NCBI GenBank assembly: GCA_030704615.1
Contig: CM060734.1
Span: forward strand, 62,744,001-62,808,000
DNA length: 64,000 nucleotides
Source of the DNA: Takakia lepidozioides
Taxonomy: Eukaryota > Plantae > Bryophyta
Direction of reading: 5' to 3'
Part shown: positions 11,949 through 24,300 of the stretch, in pieces
Numbering within the stretch: position 1 is the first letter of the stretch
How the letters are laid out: each line of letters begins with the position of its first letter
Made by a program: the position numbers and the translations under genes
The notes under the pieces: model-generated
Databases searched by the model: none
What the model was told of the DNA's origin: nothing
What the model saw: only the letters and a program-made list of their open reading frames with translations

Positions 11949-12399
11949 CCATGATATAATGTTAGGGGGCCAACTTGATGCGTAGTCCCTACCCTATCGG
12001 GCAGGGCCAATAAATTAGATGCCTACCGGAGGCTTGGCCTGGGCTTGGCCTGGACTTGGCCAGTGATCAGACATTGACATGGGCTAGATTTTCAGCACGG
12101 AAGGTGATATTGTTCCCATCTTTGCGTGAATGTTGAGCGGAGCTCTAGACGGAAAGTGGCTTTACTTAAATATTTAGGTGAGCTACAAAAATTGCAGCTA
12201 GGAAAAGTGGGTCCTTCCACTCTCTCCTCCCTTCATAAGGCTATGGTACTCTTAGGGACATCCATAAGTCCAGTAGGACTTTATGCGTTGCAAAGTTGGC
12301 ATTAACTGGTATCTCAAAGGGCAAAAGATGAATTGTCATTTCTTTACCAAGACAAAACAAAGATCTGCTCATCTTGCCATTCTTATTCTCCGAGATTCA

Positions 12400-12990
12400 T
12401 CCAATCTCCCTCGCTCCCTTCCAAAAGCTCTTTCATCTATCGCCTTTAATTATTTCTGCAGGCTCTTTGCGGTTGACCCTGTTTCCTATGATGTTCTAGC
12501 TGCTTGTGAGACTGCTTGAACTGATTTCCCTCACAAACTTTTGGACCACCAATCACCTCTTTTAAACCAAGAGCTTTCCTAGGAGGAATTATGGGAAGCG
12601 AGTGAAATCTTAAGGATCTCAAAGCCCGTGGTCTAGACGACGTCCCCATAGAATTTCAGAAAGCCCTTTGGCTCTCAATCTCTGGGATTTTTTGGCCATA
12701 GCGACTGATATCCTTCTTAAGGGGATCATGCCATCCCAGATGTCCCAAGGGTTGTCTTTAAGAAAAGCGCGCCGGACTTAATCTCTAATTACCGTTATAT
12801 TACCCTCATTCATCTAGAACAAACTGGTTTTGCCAAAAACCGTCTCATTTTCAATGACGTTCTTTTGCCTATGAGGCCTTAGACTATGCTGAAGCAACCA
12901 ATAACCCTTTGGCCCTTATCACGCTTAAATTTGAATAAGCATTTGACAGGATCAACTAGGCTTTTCTCTTTGGGGCTCATCGCCGTTTTA
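12400..12990 (+). mobile_element. Highly degenerate LINE reverse transcriptase fragment
   Basis: Remnants KARGLDDVPIEFQKALW (KAPGPDG motif), EQTGFAKNRLIF, and L-FE*AFDRIN (LDFEKAFD motif). Confidence 0.75.
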
Positions 12991-15320
12991 TTTATTTTAT
13001 TTTATTTTAATTTTTAAATCTTGGTTTCAAATTAGACGATGGATGACATATATTCTTGAAATCTATACCACATGCACGGTCAAAACCAGGTTTTATGGAA
13101 GTCCATTTGGCATATCCTCAAGAGATTGTTGCTCTGCATGAGTTCATCTCGTGGAAAGAACGTCAAGTAGCAAGACTTATATCAATCTTGGATGTCATCG
13201 AAGAAACAATGAAATTTATCAAATATTTAGAAGATTTTCAACTATGATAGCATGTAATGGTACATCCACCTTAGGTAAAGACATTGCCTATGTATGGGAT
13301 AAGCACGACTCACATCGCGTGTAGTGGCATGTTAGTTATGGCACATAGGCAAAAATGAACTAATGAAATAATTGAGGTGCAAATGGGCCACTTGACTCAG
13401 CATATGTCCCATTTGATGTACGTTTCAAGAATATTTCTTCATATTCTTGACATGTGGTGCAGATTGGCTATTTGTGGTACAGGTGCAAGTGTGACACTGT
13501 ACTCAAGGCGCCCAGGCTCACCCCATTGCCCTGAAAATGAGGTTGCATTGCCCCAACGCGGGTACAGAGAGGGAGAGAAGACTCCGGCCGAAGCCGGCGT
13601 AACTAAGAGTCACTTCGCGGCTACTGCCGCCTTTCAGGGGTGGAACGCAAATACACAGAGAGAGGTCGAAGGAGGCGCTGCAACGCAAGAGCTTTCAACA
13701 ATTCAACAATGCAAACCATAGCAGGGTCTTGAGAAAAGAGAAATCGCAGGGATGAAAGAATGCACACAAAAGCATGGCCCATCGCCTAACACCCAGCAAA
13801 CCACGACTAGTGGCTGCCGCTGTCCGCACGGGCGAATATGCAGCCCGCCGTGAGGCCCATCGCCGCCAATGGACACCAATTATCTGCCATGTGGGCATGT
13901 CAACTCTGCTTGCGGGCCCCAAGCCATAGATTTTAAGGTACCCTTAGGGCTTTGAAAATTTGCAGCTGCATGGGTTTTTATTCTTTTGGGGCGCAAAAAA
14001 ATTGCCCATGTGCTGCTGGATGCCGCTCTCATTTTTTTTTTCATCCACATTCATCCACAGAAGTTATTCCATGGATGAAAACGACTGCGACTGGTTTGGG
14101 GTCGCATCCACCTTTAGGGGTTAATGTAGAGGGCCAATTTACATTAGGACCAAGTACTCCCCCCCAAAATCCGAGGGGTTGCTTGCTCCGTTCTGCATCT
14201 CGGCTGGGCTTTCGCTTTACACTTTTTATCCTACTTGGCACGTACGTGGCGCTGGAGGAGCGGGCATAAGTCTTGGCCCCTCGCCTGCTAATCAGAACCC
14301 GCCACCACACCGCTGCTTGTGCTGAAGGGGGAAGATTCCGTGTGCTGCGACCTGTCTCTCGCACACTGGATGCGGGCGCAGTCGCATGGAATCAATAATT
14401 CTGCTCCCTCGACCATCTCACGTCCACACAGCGCACGCCGCGTCTGCCAGGCAGCGTCGCTGGCCCAAGCTGCGCTTACCACTTGGTTGCACTTGCAGAC
14501 CCGGCATCCAGGCAATGCATAGGGTATCGGTTACCGTACCAAACCTCGATTGCTCACACTTCAGCTGGACTTGGTGACGGTCGTTCTCAGCGGTCTCTCC
14601 ATCGTCGGAATGCCCTACTGCCGAAGGTACAAAGGATATATGCTGTGTAATTTCGTTTTAGCTCCTTTTGTCATGTCTGTGAATCCAACTAATGCGTTTG
14701 TTTGCGTTTGCCGAAAATGGTCCTCGCAGTTTCGAACGATTTGTTCCGCTCTCGAAATCCTGGTAACGGTGATATAGGTTACCAATTTCTCAGAACCAAC
14801 GCATTACAACTGCGGCAGTTTGTCCGACTTATTCACATAGGCACTAGGGAGGAGCATTGCCTGATTACTTCGGCTCTGTCGCATGTCCCTTTTTTCGCAC
14901 CATGTCCACTACAATGGAGAGATCATTTTCAGAGATGATTTCCAGCGTTAGCGAGGTAGTTTTGTCATATTGTTTACATGAGACCGTCTCAATGATTAGT
15001 GATGCAAGGAGGCCTTGTAGAGCTGGTGATTACCAGTCTGACATTCGGCCGCTCGGAATTTCTGAAGACAGCGTTATTGGTGGGGATTTCTTGTTGCTGC
15101 GTTTGTAAATAACAAAAGGGGCACAAATGGCTGCTGACTTCCTGACCGAGTAGCTCTGGGATTTTCTCTGCAGGTTTCGCACTTGTAGATGTTTTCATAC
15201 ACGGCCAATTGACGTCCGATCACATAAAGCACTTCAGACGGCGTTGCTGTTGCAGAAAGTCGCTATGACCAGTATAGTTTGAGAGGAGGATTACAAGGGG
15301 ACAGGCCGAGGAGAAGAGCC

Positions 15321-18300
15321 ATGTCTTCTCATGGCGCGTCTTCTCACGGGAGTAGTGGAAAGCTTCGACACGGTAGAAGGCCGTCTTGGCCTCTTACCGA
15401 CTATGTTGACAAGCCTACGCTCGCATTGGCACGTTTCTCCATCCTGCACATTCGTAATTTCATAACAAAAATAGACCAGCACTGATTTGATTGGCAATCA
15501 ATCAGTTCGGAATGAGTGGGAAGCAGGAAAATCATGTCCCTCCATTTGTGGTTCCAGGATTTTCTTAGGCAGCTCAGTTTTGATGTAGGAGTTTATTTAA
15601 ATTCCAAACGGAACATTTTGAATGGATTCTACCAGCTGATCCAGCTATTACAGGTAACAGGACATGAATAGGTGGGACAGAGACAGATGGACTTGGTTGC
15701 TGCAATAGCTTAGGTCCCCTCGACCAGGTCGGCAGAGCTATCCCAACACCCACTCACAACCAATCATATTCTAAGCTTTATGCTGAGTGTCTGTCATTTA
15801 ATTTTGGCAATGTTTCTGGTCTCCATTTTTTGTCCACTAACATTTCCTGTCAAAAATTTGATTGTTAAGCTGGTAATGTCCATGGTGAGGGGGAAGGAAG
15901 AGTGGGAGAGGGAGGAAGCACAACACAATTGTACAGTATCATGGTTTGGGGTTGGGGCATAGTTGCGGGATAAGAGAGCTAAACAAAGAAGGAAACATAT
16001 TATTATATTATGTCAGTGAAAGGCTGCCCAAGTGACACAAGCATAACAACATACTACAACCACAGAAAGCACAGAACAAATTCTAAGCTCAAATTCTACA
16101 TTGACAAAGGTCTTTAGAATATATGGTGATATTAAAATGGTTGTTATTATGCGCCACACAGTTTGATGCCAATCCTGGAGCTCCCCCTCAGCAGGCATGG
16201 AGGCGCAAGCTTAACAGCCATGCCAATCTTTTAACAGAATTTCGTGTGACTTTTATGGAGGCCGTCAAAATGGTAATTACTCTTTCAGTCGCCTAGTATT
16301 TTATGCATACGGATTGTGATCTCCTCCTTTTATGCTGACTTGGAGGGTTTATGCTTAAGTTCTGTTGGATTGTAGTTGGGATGGAGTGCAAAGTTGTCTT
16401 GCTGGAGAATCTAGTTTCTCCAACAACCCATCGTATAAAATGTGCTGGATGATGCTCTCACTCTCAAGACTGCTTTCTGTATTTGTAGCTTCGGTTGGGA
16501 ATGCGGATGTGGATGTATGTGCAATCAGAGCGTGCGCAGGGTCGGGTAACTTTTTGGGTCCTTCCTTGCCCAATTTCTTCAACTTTTTGTTCCAATATTG
16601 AATCAAAAGCTGTCTGGTATGTGGATGGGAGATCACGAGTTTGAGTTTATAATTATATTGAGGTATTTCAGAGATCACTGTAACTGTCAGTCTTCTGCAA
16701 CACGAGGGTGATTTCTCTCTTGATATCTTGTACACATTGTCACGCAAGCTGGACTAAGAAGTTATTCATCAGGCCAAAGGGTTTAATTTAAGAGGTGGCT
16801 AGCGGTGCAAATGTGATTATCACCTTCTGTCTGTGACAGCTTCCTCCAATTGATCCATTCACTCGTGGAACAAAGCCCTCTGCCTGCCATGGCGTACCAC
16901 TCGGTGGAATGGGGTCAGTACAGATGTGACCCTAGTAATGTGCTGTTTTCTTCCTTCATGGTGTTCTTTTTGTATGTCTTTCCATTCAAGTATAGTTTGA
17001 TTGGAAAGCTTTCAGATAATTGAGTCTGGACTCATATGTTTGCAGTTGAACTTGTAGTTTGAAACACAAGCTTTAAGAATATTGAAGCAGATACAGTGGA
17101 ATGACATCTGTAACCATTGGCTCAGAATTCTGTGATGAACGACTTTGGTGCAGGGGTGGAAGCATTGGTCGAGGATTTAAAGGGGAATTTAGGCGATGGC
17201 AACTGATCCCTGGTGTTTGTGAGGAAGCGCCTGTGTTGGCCAACCAGTTTTCGGTATTTCTAGCCCCTTCACGATGTATATCTCTGTAGCAGCTCATATT
17301 AATTTTGTTATGAGCTTTGCATATCTGGAATCATGTACAGCCTCCTGATGAGGATTGGTGTAAGTAGAGGATGGTGTCATGAATTTCATGGTGTGTAGGA
17401 AGCGACACGGTGTTTCCCCTCTTGAAGAACTGCCAGGTATTTTGCTATAGACGAGCAATATTGTATTGTTGTCAAAGTTGGTCGTGATTCGACAGTCTGA
17501 CAGTTTGGGACAGGATACACCTATTTGGAGGTGGAAACCACTCACAGACTGCATCTGTCATTTGCACAGGTCTTTGTCACCCGTAACAAGGAGAATGCAG
17601 TAAAGAAAAAAATTTCGTCAGTTCTTGCACCTGGCCGCCCTCCAGAACTTGAAGGGTAGGAGCCACAGCTAGTGCCCTATGGTTTCTTGGAACTTTTTTG
17701 GAAGTCCAATTTAAAAGAAATGTTGGAAAGATGCCATTGGAAAACCCACTGGCTTTGTCTTCTGTAGCAGTGAGTGCCATCTAGTCACATTGAGACACGG
17801 GTTCCTTGCCTGAAAATCTTTATGTTACTTTCTATCTTGGTAGCAAAAAGGATGACGAGGTAGGCATCTCATCTTGGGACTGGAACTTGGACGGTCAACA
17901 GTCTACATACCATGCTCTTTTCCCACGTGCTTGGACAATTTACGAAGGTATGGATATTGGATGTGATCTCAATGATCTTACTTCTTGTTTTGCAAATTTA
18001 TTTTCTGTTTTACCCTGATTTTTGCACAAAACTAACATCACACCTAGTCAAAATGAGATTTAGCTTTGCAACCATGAAATGACTGAAGTTGTTCCTATCT
18101 CCTGCTGAGGCTTTTGATTTTCGTTCTTTCTTCTATTCCGGGATACCCAGTCTCTCATGGAGGTCTTCCATTACAAGGATTAGAAATGCTTGGCAGCTGA
18201 CCTGCATGAGGCATTGACTCTTGTCAATCCCTTGAGCCTTAGTTGCTTTTGGGCTCTTTGTGGCCCTTCTCTCTTTCTCTCTGCTTTCTTCCTCTTCTCC

Positions 18301-21300
18301 CATAAGCTCTTTGAGTTTCCCGCGGACGTTTTAAAAGTGCCCTTCCATTTCATTTCATTTCATTTCATTTCTTCCCTTCTCTCTCCTGTGTACAAGAGAT
18401 CTTGAGGACCTCGTCTCACGTAACCCCACAAAGGTGGTGTCTGTTCCCTCTTGTTCCGCCCAAACTGGGTGCAGGGTCTATGGCCACAAGGCTACGGCAA
18501 ACAATGTCTCATGAGTACATTCTCTCTCTCTCACTCTCTCCCCCGTATGCGCCTTACGCAGGCAGGGGACAGTCAATGAGTACATCTCATACATGACACA
18601 CTTGCCCAGTCCTGGATCACTTTTGTAAACATAAAAGAGCAGTTATCCCTGTTCTCCATCTTGCCTCTCCTGTGTCCCTTTCCGATCTTTTGCCTGCTAT
18701 TACACTGGCTAAAGTGCCGAGTTGTCTTTGTTACTTGCTTGCATGTTAAGTGGAACCTCAAGCATCCAAATGAAAGCTTACATCTTGTAACTATACAGGT
18801 GAACCAGACCCAGACTTGAAGATATCCTGTCGACAAATATCTCCTTTTATCCCTCATAATTACACTGAAAGCAGCTTCCCGTCATGTGTGTTTTCATACC
18901 TGGTAAGAGATTCACATTTGTTGCCCAAAATGTCAATTCATCCATTTGCCTGTCCCCTGGGGGATTCACGAATCTGATCTTACAGCTTGCATGATGTTTG
19001 TTTGCTTGTAAGTTCTGTGATCTTCGAAATGTCTTAATACCTTGGTTGTTTTTTCTGCAGCTTGTCAATACAGGTAAAGAGAGTGCGGAAGTTAGCCTCC
19101 TTTTTACTTGGGCGGTAAGTGTTTCACATTAGCAGTGTACCATCATGTGTCCTTGCTGGATTATAGAGATCCGAATCTCAGCTGAGCTGCCTGTTCATGG
19201 GAGCTTCCGGCATTCATTCGTTTTCCTCCACTTATCATCCTCCATAACCCTCCCATTTCTATTTGAAGGGTCAACTTCTAGGCACACTGAATCCATGTTG
19301 TGTGTAGGTGCGAATTGGGGATCCTTGGGTACATATCAGATAGGATTATTGCCTTGCTATTCTCTTCCTTGGAAATCTTTTCTGCACTTCCAGCGTTGCT
19401 TCTGCCATGGTCCTTTCGTTGGTCTTGGGACCTGGACAGTCCAACACCTATGACTCGCAGCCATCTTGTGACGACACCAGATAACTTGAGTAGTTTATTA
19501 GTTGGTCAGTTCATAGGTCCTCAACTTTTTGTCATCAATGCACAGCTGATACCGGAATATACTGAAATGTTTTCTGTGTGTGACAGAACTCAATGGGAGG
19601 AGACTCTCATTTGACTGGGGGGCACAATAATAAACCATTTGGGTGAGTGTAAAAGCTGTGCTCTTTCTTCCTTGTCATGTTTTGATGGCGACTCCCATTT
19701 CTCATGACGAGTCTAATAAGTGCGAGTTTATTCTGGATGGTGTCTAACCAAGCTGTAATGTAGCATCATGGGTACATCTGAGGCTGACTATATCTTATGC
19801 TTCGGTGTTTATAGGGAGGAGGATAGAGTACGTGGTGTACAACTTTATCACAAGTAAGTTGCAGAGCATTATAGAGTGCACCAAGTTCAGTCTTAAAGTT
19901 CCCTTAGATCCATTAGTTGGTTCATGACAGCAATGTTGGCATTTGAAATTATTTGAGTGGGTCAGAACGTACCGATTTCACTTTTGGATGATTGAATACA
20001 CAGGAGATGATTATATATGCTAGTCTATGCATGCATTTCAGCCTTTGGTCTCTAATACAAAATGATGAAGAACAGACTAGGGTAGTTAGTTCCTCTCTCT
20101 CTCTCTCTCTCCATGTGCAGTGGTAGCATTCAACGACAGAGGAGAGGGAGGAAGTGATCTTAAGTGGCAGTGGGGTAGCCAAGAGATCCCGGTCCTCCCT
20201 TCCTACACTTACCTGGGCGTTGAGTTCTCCTCCAATTGTAATTGGGATGCACATATCCGGAAAGTTGTTCAAACTGGCAAGGGCAAAGCTCTGGGGCTCA
20301 CTAAATTAAACTCAGGACGTCTGATGAAGTCACTCGGGAATTATAACAGCTTGTCACTGTTATACAAGATGTAGTTGATTTTTCTCGTTCTCTTGGATCG
20401 GCACTATAAGTGATGTCTCTTTGTTGTTGTTGCTTTTCCTTGAGATTTTGTCACAGTGCCTTTCTTTTCAACTCTGATACTCTTTTACCTTATGTGGCTA
20501 CCTTTTTAATCTTTTGTTATGTCTCAAGTCAGAGTTTACTCTGCTCTCAGATTGAGCTTATCCTGACCACCGATGCTTATGCTGAGGAGTTTATTAGGCA
20601 CCAGGGAAGTAGCTGTACTGTTGTGTGAGGCTTTTCTTGTTGTCAGAATTCCAGATGTCAGCTGTATTGTGATATTGATGACCAGACCTATGGAGACTGC
20701 AGGACAGCAGCAAGAGGAGGCCGTCCAGTAACATTTGCAATTGCAGCAAAGGGAACACCAGGTGTCTCGCTCTCCAGTTGCCCATGCTTCTCAGTTTCGG
20801 GTAAAGATGGCAAGTATAGTGCGAAGGACATGTGGACAGAAATGAAAGAGGCACTCTCTCTCTCTCTCTCTCTCTCTCTGTCACTCTTTGCACAGGGCAC
20901 TTCGTCTCTCAGCAAAGTTAGGCAGGAGCTTAATTAGCCCATCAGAGCTGCTGCGCACGAGTGGCATGGGACCCCATGTGGGTTTGTGCCTGGAGTGTAA
21001 ACATTTTATCTGTCTGGGACCAACGTTGCACTTCAAATTATTGGACCGACTTGCAATGTGCCATTTCTAGTTGTAAATTCGAGGGTCTTATGTGTTTTCT
21101 TTGAAGGGCTTATTATCTTGGATAAGAGAAATGAAATGAAATGAAATGGTACTTTATAGCGTCCGCGGAAAGCTCATAGCGCTTATGGGACAAAATGGAA
21201 GAAAACATGAGAGCAAACAAAACCAGAGCCAAGAATTAAAACCATTGCTCGAGTGAAGAATCTTGCAGTAAGTTTGTAGAAGTTCAAAACTGGCTTCAGG

Positions 21301-24300
21301 AGGTTTAAAATTCTGTGGGTACTATGCCCCAGATAGAGTATGAACATACAGAGGGTATGACATATCCTTTTTACCTGTAAAAGTCATTTGCATGTCACTG
21401 GTACTGATTGGATGCATACACAACTTAGTTATGTTCCTGCAGTTGGGGGGCGTGCTTAAGAAATGAACCCTTGAGTGGCTGCAATCAAGTCTCAGGTCTA
21501 ATAAGCTCCACCGGGGCAACGCTAAATGGGCTTTGTGATGTGTTCGAAATCTTCTGGTCATAGAAAGAGAGGCTTCAAGCTGACATTATGTGTTTAAATG
21601 TTCACTTTTCGTTGCAGAATGGGTGCTTTGATGAGGGGGATTGGTCTGCAGAAGCCTCGCCTCCTTCACACCAAGGAGCTGATATTGGTGCTGCTGTGGC
21701 AGCTCGTGTAGTTATACCACCACATGAAAAGAGAACTGTAGTCTTTGCATTGGCATGGGATTCCCCTGAAGTCAAGTTTTTGAAGGGAAAATCCTATCAC
21801 AGGTACGATTCAGGTGGCTACAACATGCGTTGACTTGTCTTCCATTGTGTTTAAGTAATTCAACTTCGATCCACATTTGATCAGCCTTCACCTGTGAAGG
21901 TGTAATGGGGTGATTTGAGTCAGTCCCTGTGTTCACCTTTCAGCTGAAAGGCAGTAGTGAAGTGACACCATACGTTACGCTCCCTGGGGGAGGCGTCATA
22001 TATATATATATATTCAGCACATGTTAGTGTGAGTTAAAGAGAGTGGGATGGGGAGGACAAGGAAAGAGTTTAAAGTAATGGATCATTATGCACTTGGCGG
22101 TCTTCGGACCATACTGTGACTACATTGGTTGAGTGCAGACGTTACACACAATTCTATGGCACCGCTGGTGATGCAGCTGCCAAGCTTGTATGCGATGCTC
22201 TTCGTGGTAATCCTTTTTGTACTGCTTTCTGGCACTTGTTTTCAGGGACTGTATCTATTGCATCCATGTTCCAAAGAGTGTTTGCTACCAAATCATGAGA
22301 GAAAAATCATGTTGCATCAAATGCCAAGAATGTTTGTATCGAGTTGGTTGAAAAAAACTTGCTAAGTTTTGCTGCTTCTATGGGGTTTCTCTGACACTGG
22401 TGTTTTCCTCACTGAAGCCGTTCTTCTGCAGCCAATCCTTGCAGCCTTTTGCTCTCATGTGATAATGGTTTTTAAATAGCGCTGTAGCCATTCATGAGAC
22501 ATGCTTTTTGAGTTTCCTAGGTGTCTTTTGCCCACACAATGGTGGTTGATGGGCCTGCAGAAAACATTAGTTCTTTTTTTGGGGATATGGGAATTGAGAT
22601 GAGAGGAGGCATTCTCATACATCATGATCTGAAGTTGTCAAATGACATACATAGGTTTTCCCCATTTTCTAGTAACATTTTTGTGTTATCGATCCCATAT
22701 TCACAAAATTTTCTGGGTGACTAAAGGCACATCTCCATTGACATGGAACCTTTCTTATATTTGTGTCTTCAAATAGAATTTGACTTGCTAAAGCAGGTTT
22801 TGCACACATAATAATCAGTGGAAGTGTCAAATGTGAGTAGACAGTGACCTCCTTGAAATGAACCTGGGCCTCCACCCTTTTCCAGCCCCTCCTCTTAAGG
22901 GGTTGACAAAAGGGGGTTTGTTTGGGGCCCAACCCTTGTAGTCGTAGATGGGTGATTGGATGCAATTTTTCTGGTTACTAACCCTTAACTGAGTAGAAAA
23001 GGGCCAATGGGGATGAGGAATAAGGGGTGCTAATAATTGCTGCTGTCCATAAGCAGTTGGGTTTTGAGCACATGGGAAATGCTGTCTTCAGATTACCGGA
23101 AATGGGAGGTGGAAATTGAGGATTGGCAACGCCCAATATTGAGGGATGAAAAGCTTCCTGAATGGTGAGTTACTAAAAAATGATCCAACCAAGTGTACGA
23201 CTGTTCTTCCCTTCCTTTTGTACTTGTTGATGGGATTCATCTTCCCACATGGGAAGTGTTGATTCATCAGAAGTTGTACAAGTGTAGGCTTGGTTGAATG
23301 CACTGTCGTTGAAATTCATAAACAGTTGTCCTCTTGGTGTATATCGCTTTTCAGGTACCGCGTTACACTGTTCAATGAGTTGTATTATCTTGTCGCTGGT
23401 GGCACTATTTGGACAGGTGCGATGGCAAACCCACATGGGGCAAGTATGTAATGTTATGAAAGTTTACAAGCTAGTTGAGAAGTGCACACGACATTGAGGA
23501 AACTCTGTGGTGCGTTGCTACTATTCGCTGCTCCATGTCCCTTTAAGCCACCTTTCTATGCAGTTTGTTCAGTAGCAAGGCATCTTCACAGTTGCCTTAG
23601 GCACCTTTGCTGTGCTATTAAAAGTTGATGGGGGAGAGCGCACAACTTCACATGAAATCTTGAGAGTGTTTCTGGCATCATATGTTAGCCCTGATGTGTC
23701 TTCCTATTCTAGACCCATTATGCCAGTGAATGTAATGTATCCTTCAAAAGATAGTGTCCAGAGTTGATGGTTTTTCCACCTTCAATTCAAGACTAGTGTC
23801 ATCAGCTTCAGCATCCCTACAAACCAGTCTGCAATTCAGTGCTAGCTTTTTAAAGTTCAGTGTAAAACCTGAAAATAATAGTTCTTACTACTGTCCATGC
23901 TCCCAGATGGCGGGCCTGCATTGCAAGGCAGGCCAGAGCTCTCCGTACCAAGCTCTACGCACAGCACAGCCCCAAGCTCTCCTATTGCTGGCCTTTCAAG
24001 TGTCACCACGTACGATTTGCCTTCTTTGACACAAAATGGTGGAAGCCCAAACCCAACATCTAGAGTTGGGCTTTCCAGTCCTGCAGAGGATGTGGAATTT
24101 TCTACTGGATACCCACAGAAGCAGTTGCTGTTTGACAGGTCTATGAGCAATGGCACCAGTGGAGGTCTTGAAAACCTTTCCCGACTCAGTGGAATGGAAG
24201 ACAGTCAGAGTAACTGGATATCAGAACTAGAGCATGTACATGGCTTCCCCTCTAATGGACCCCTTTCTGAGTTACAAGAAAATGCTGAAGATGCTCCCAT

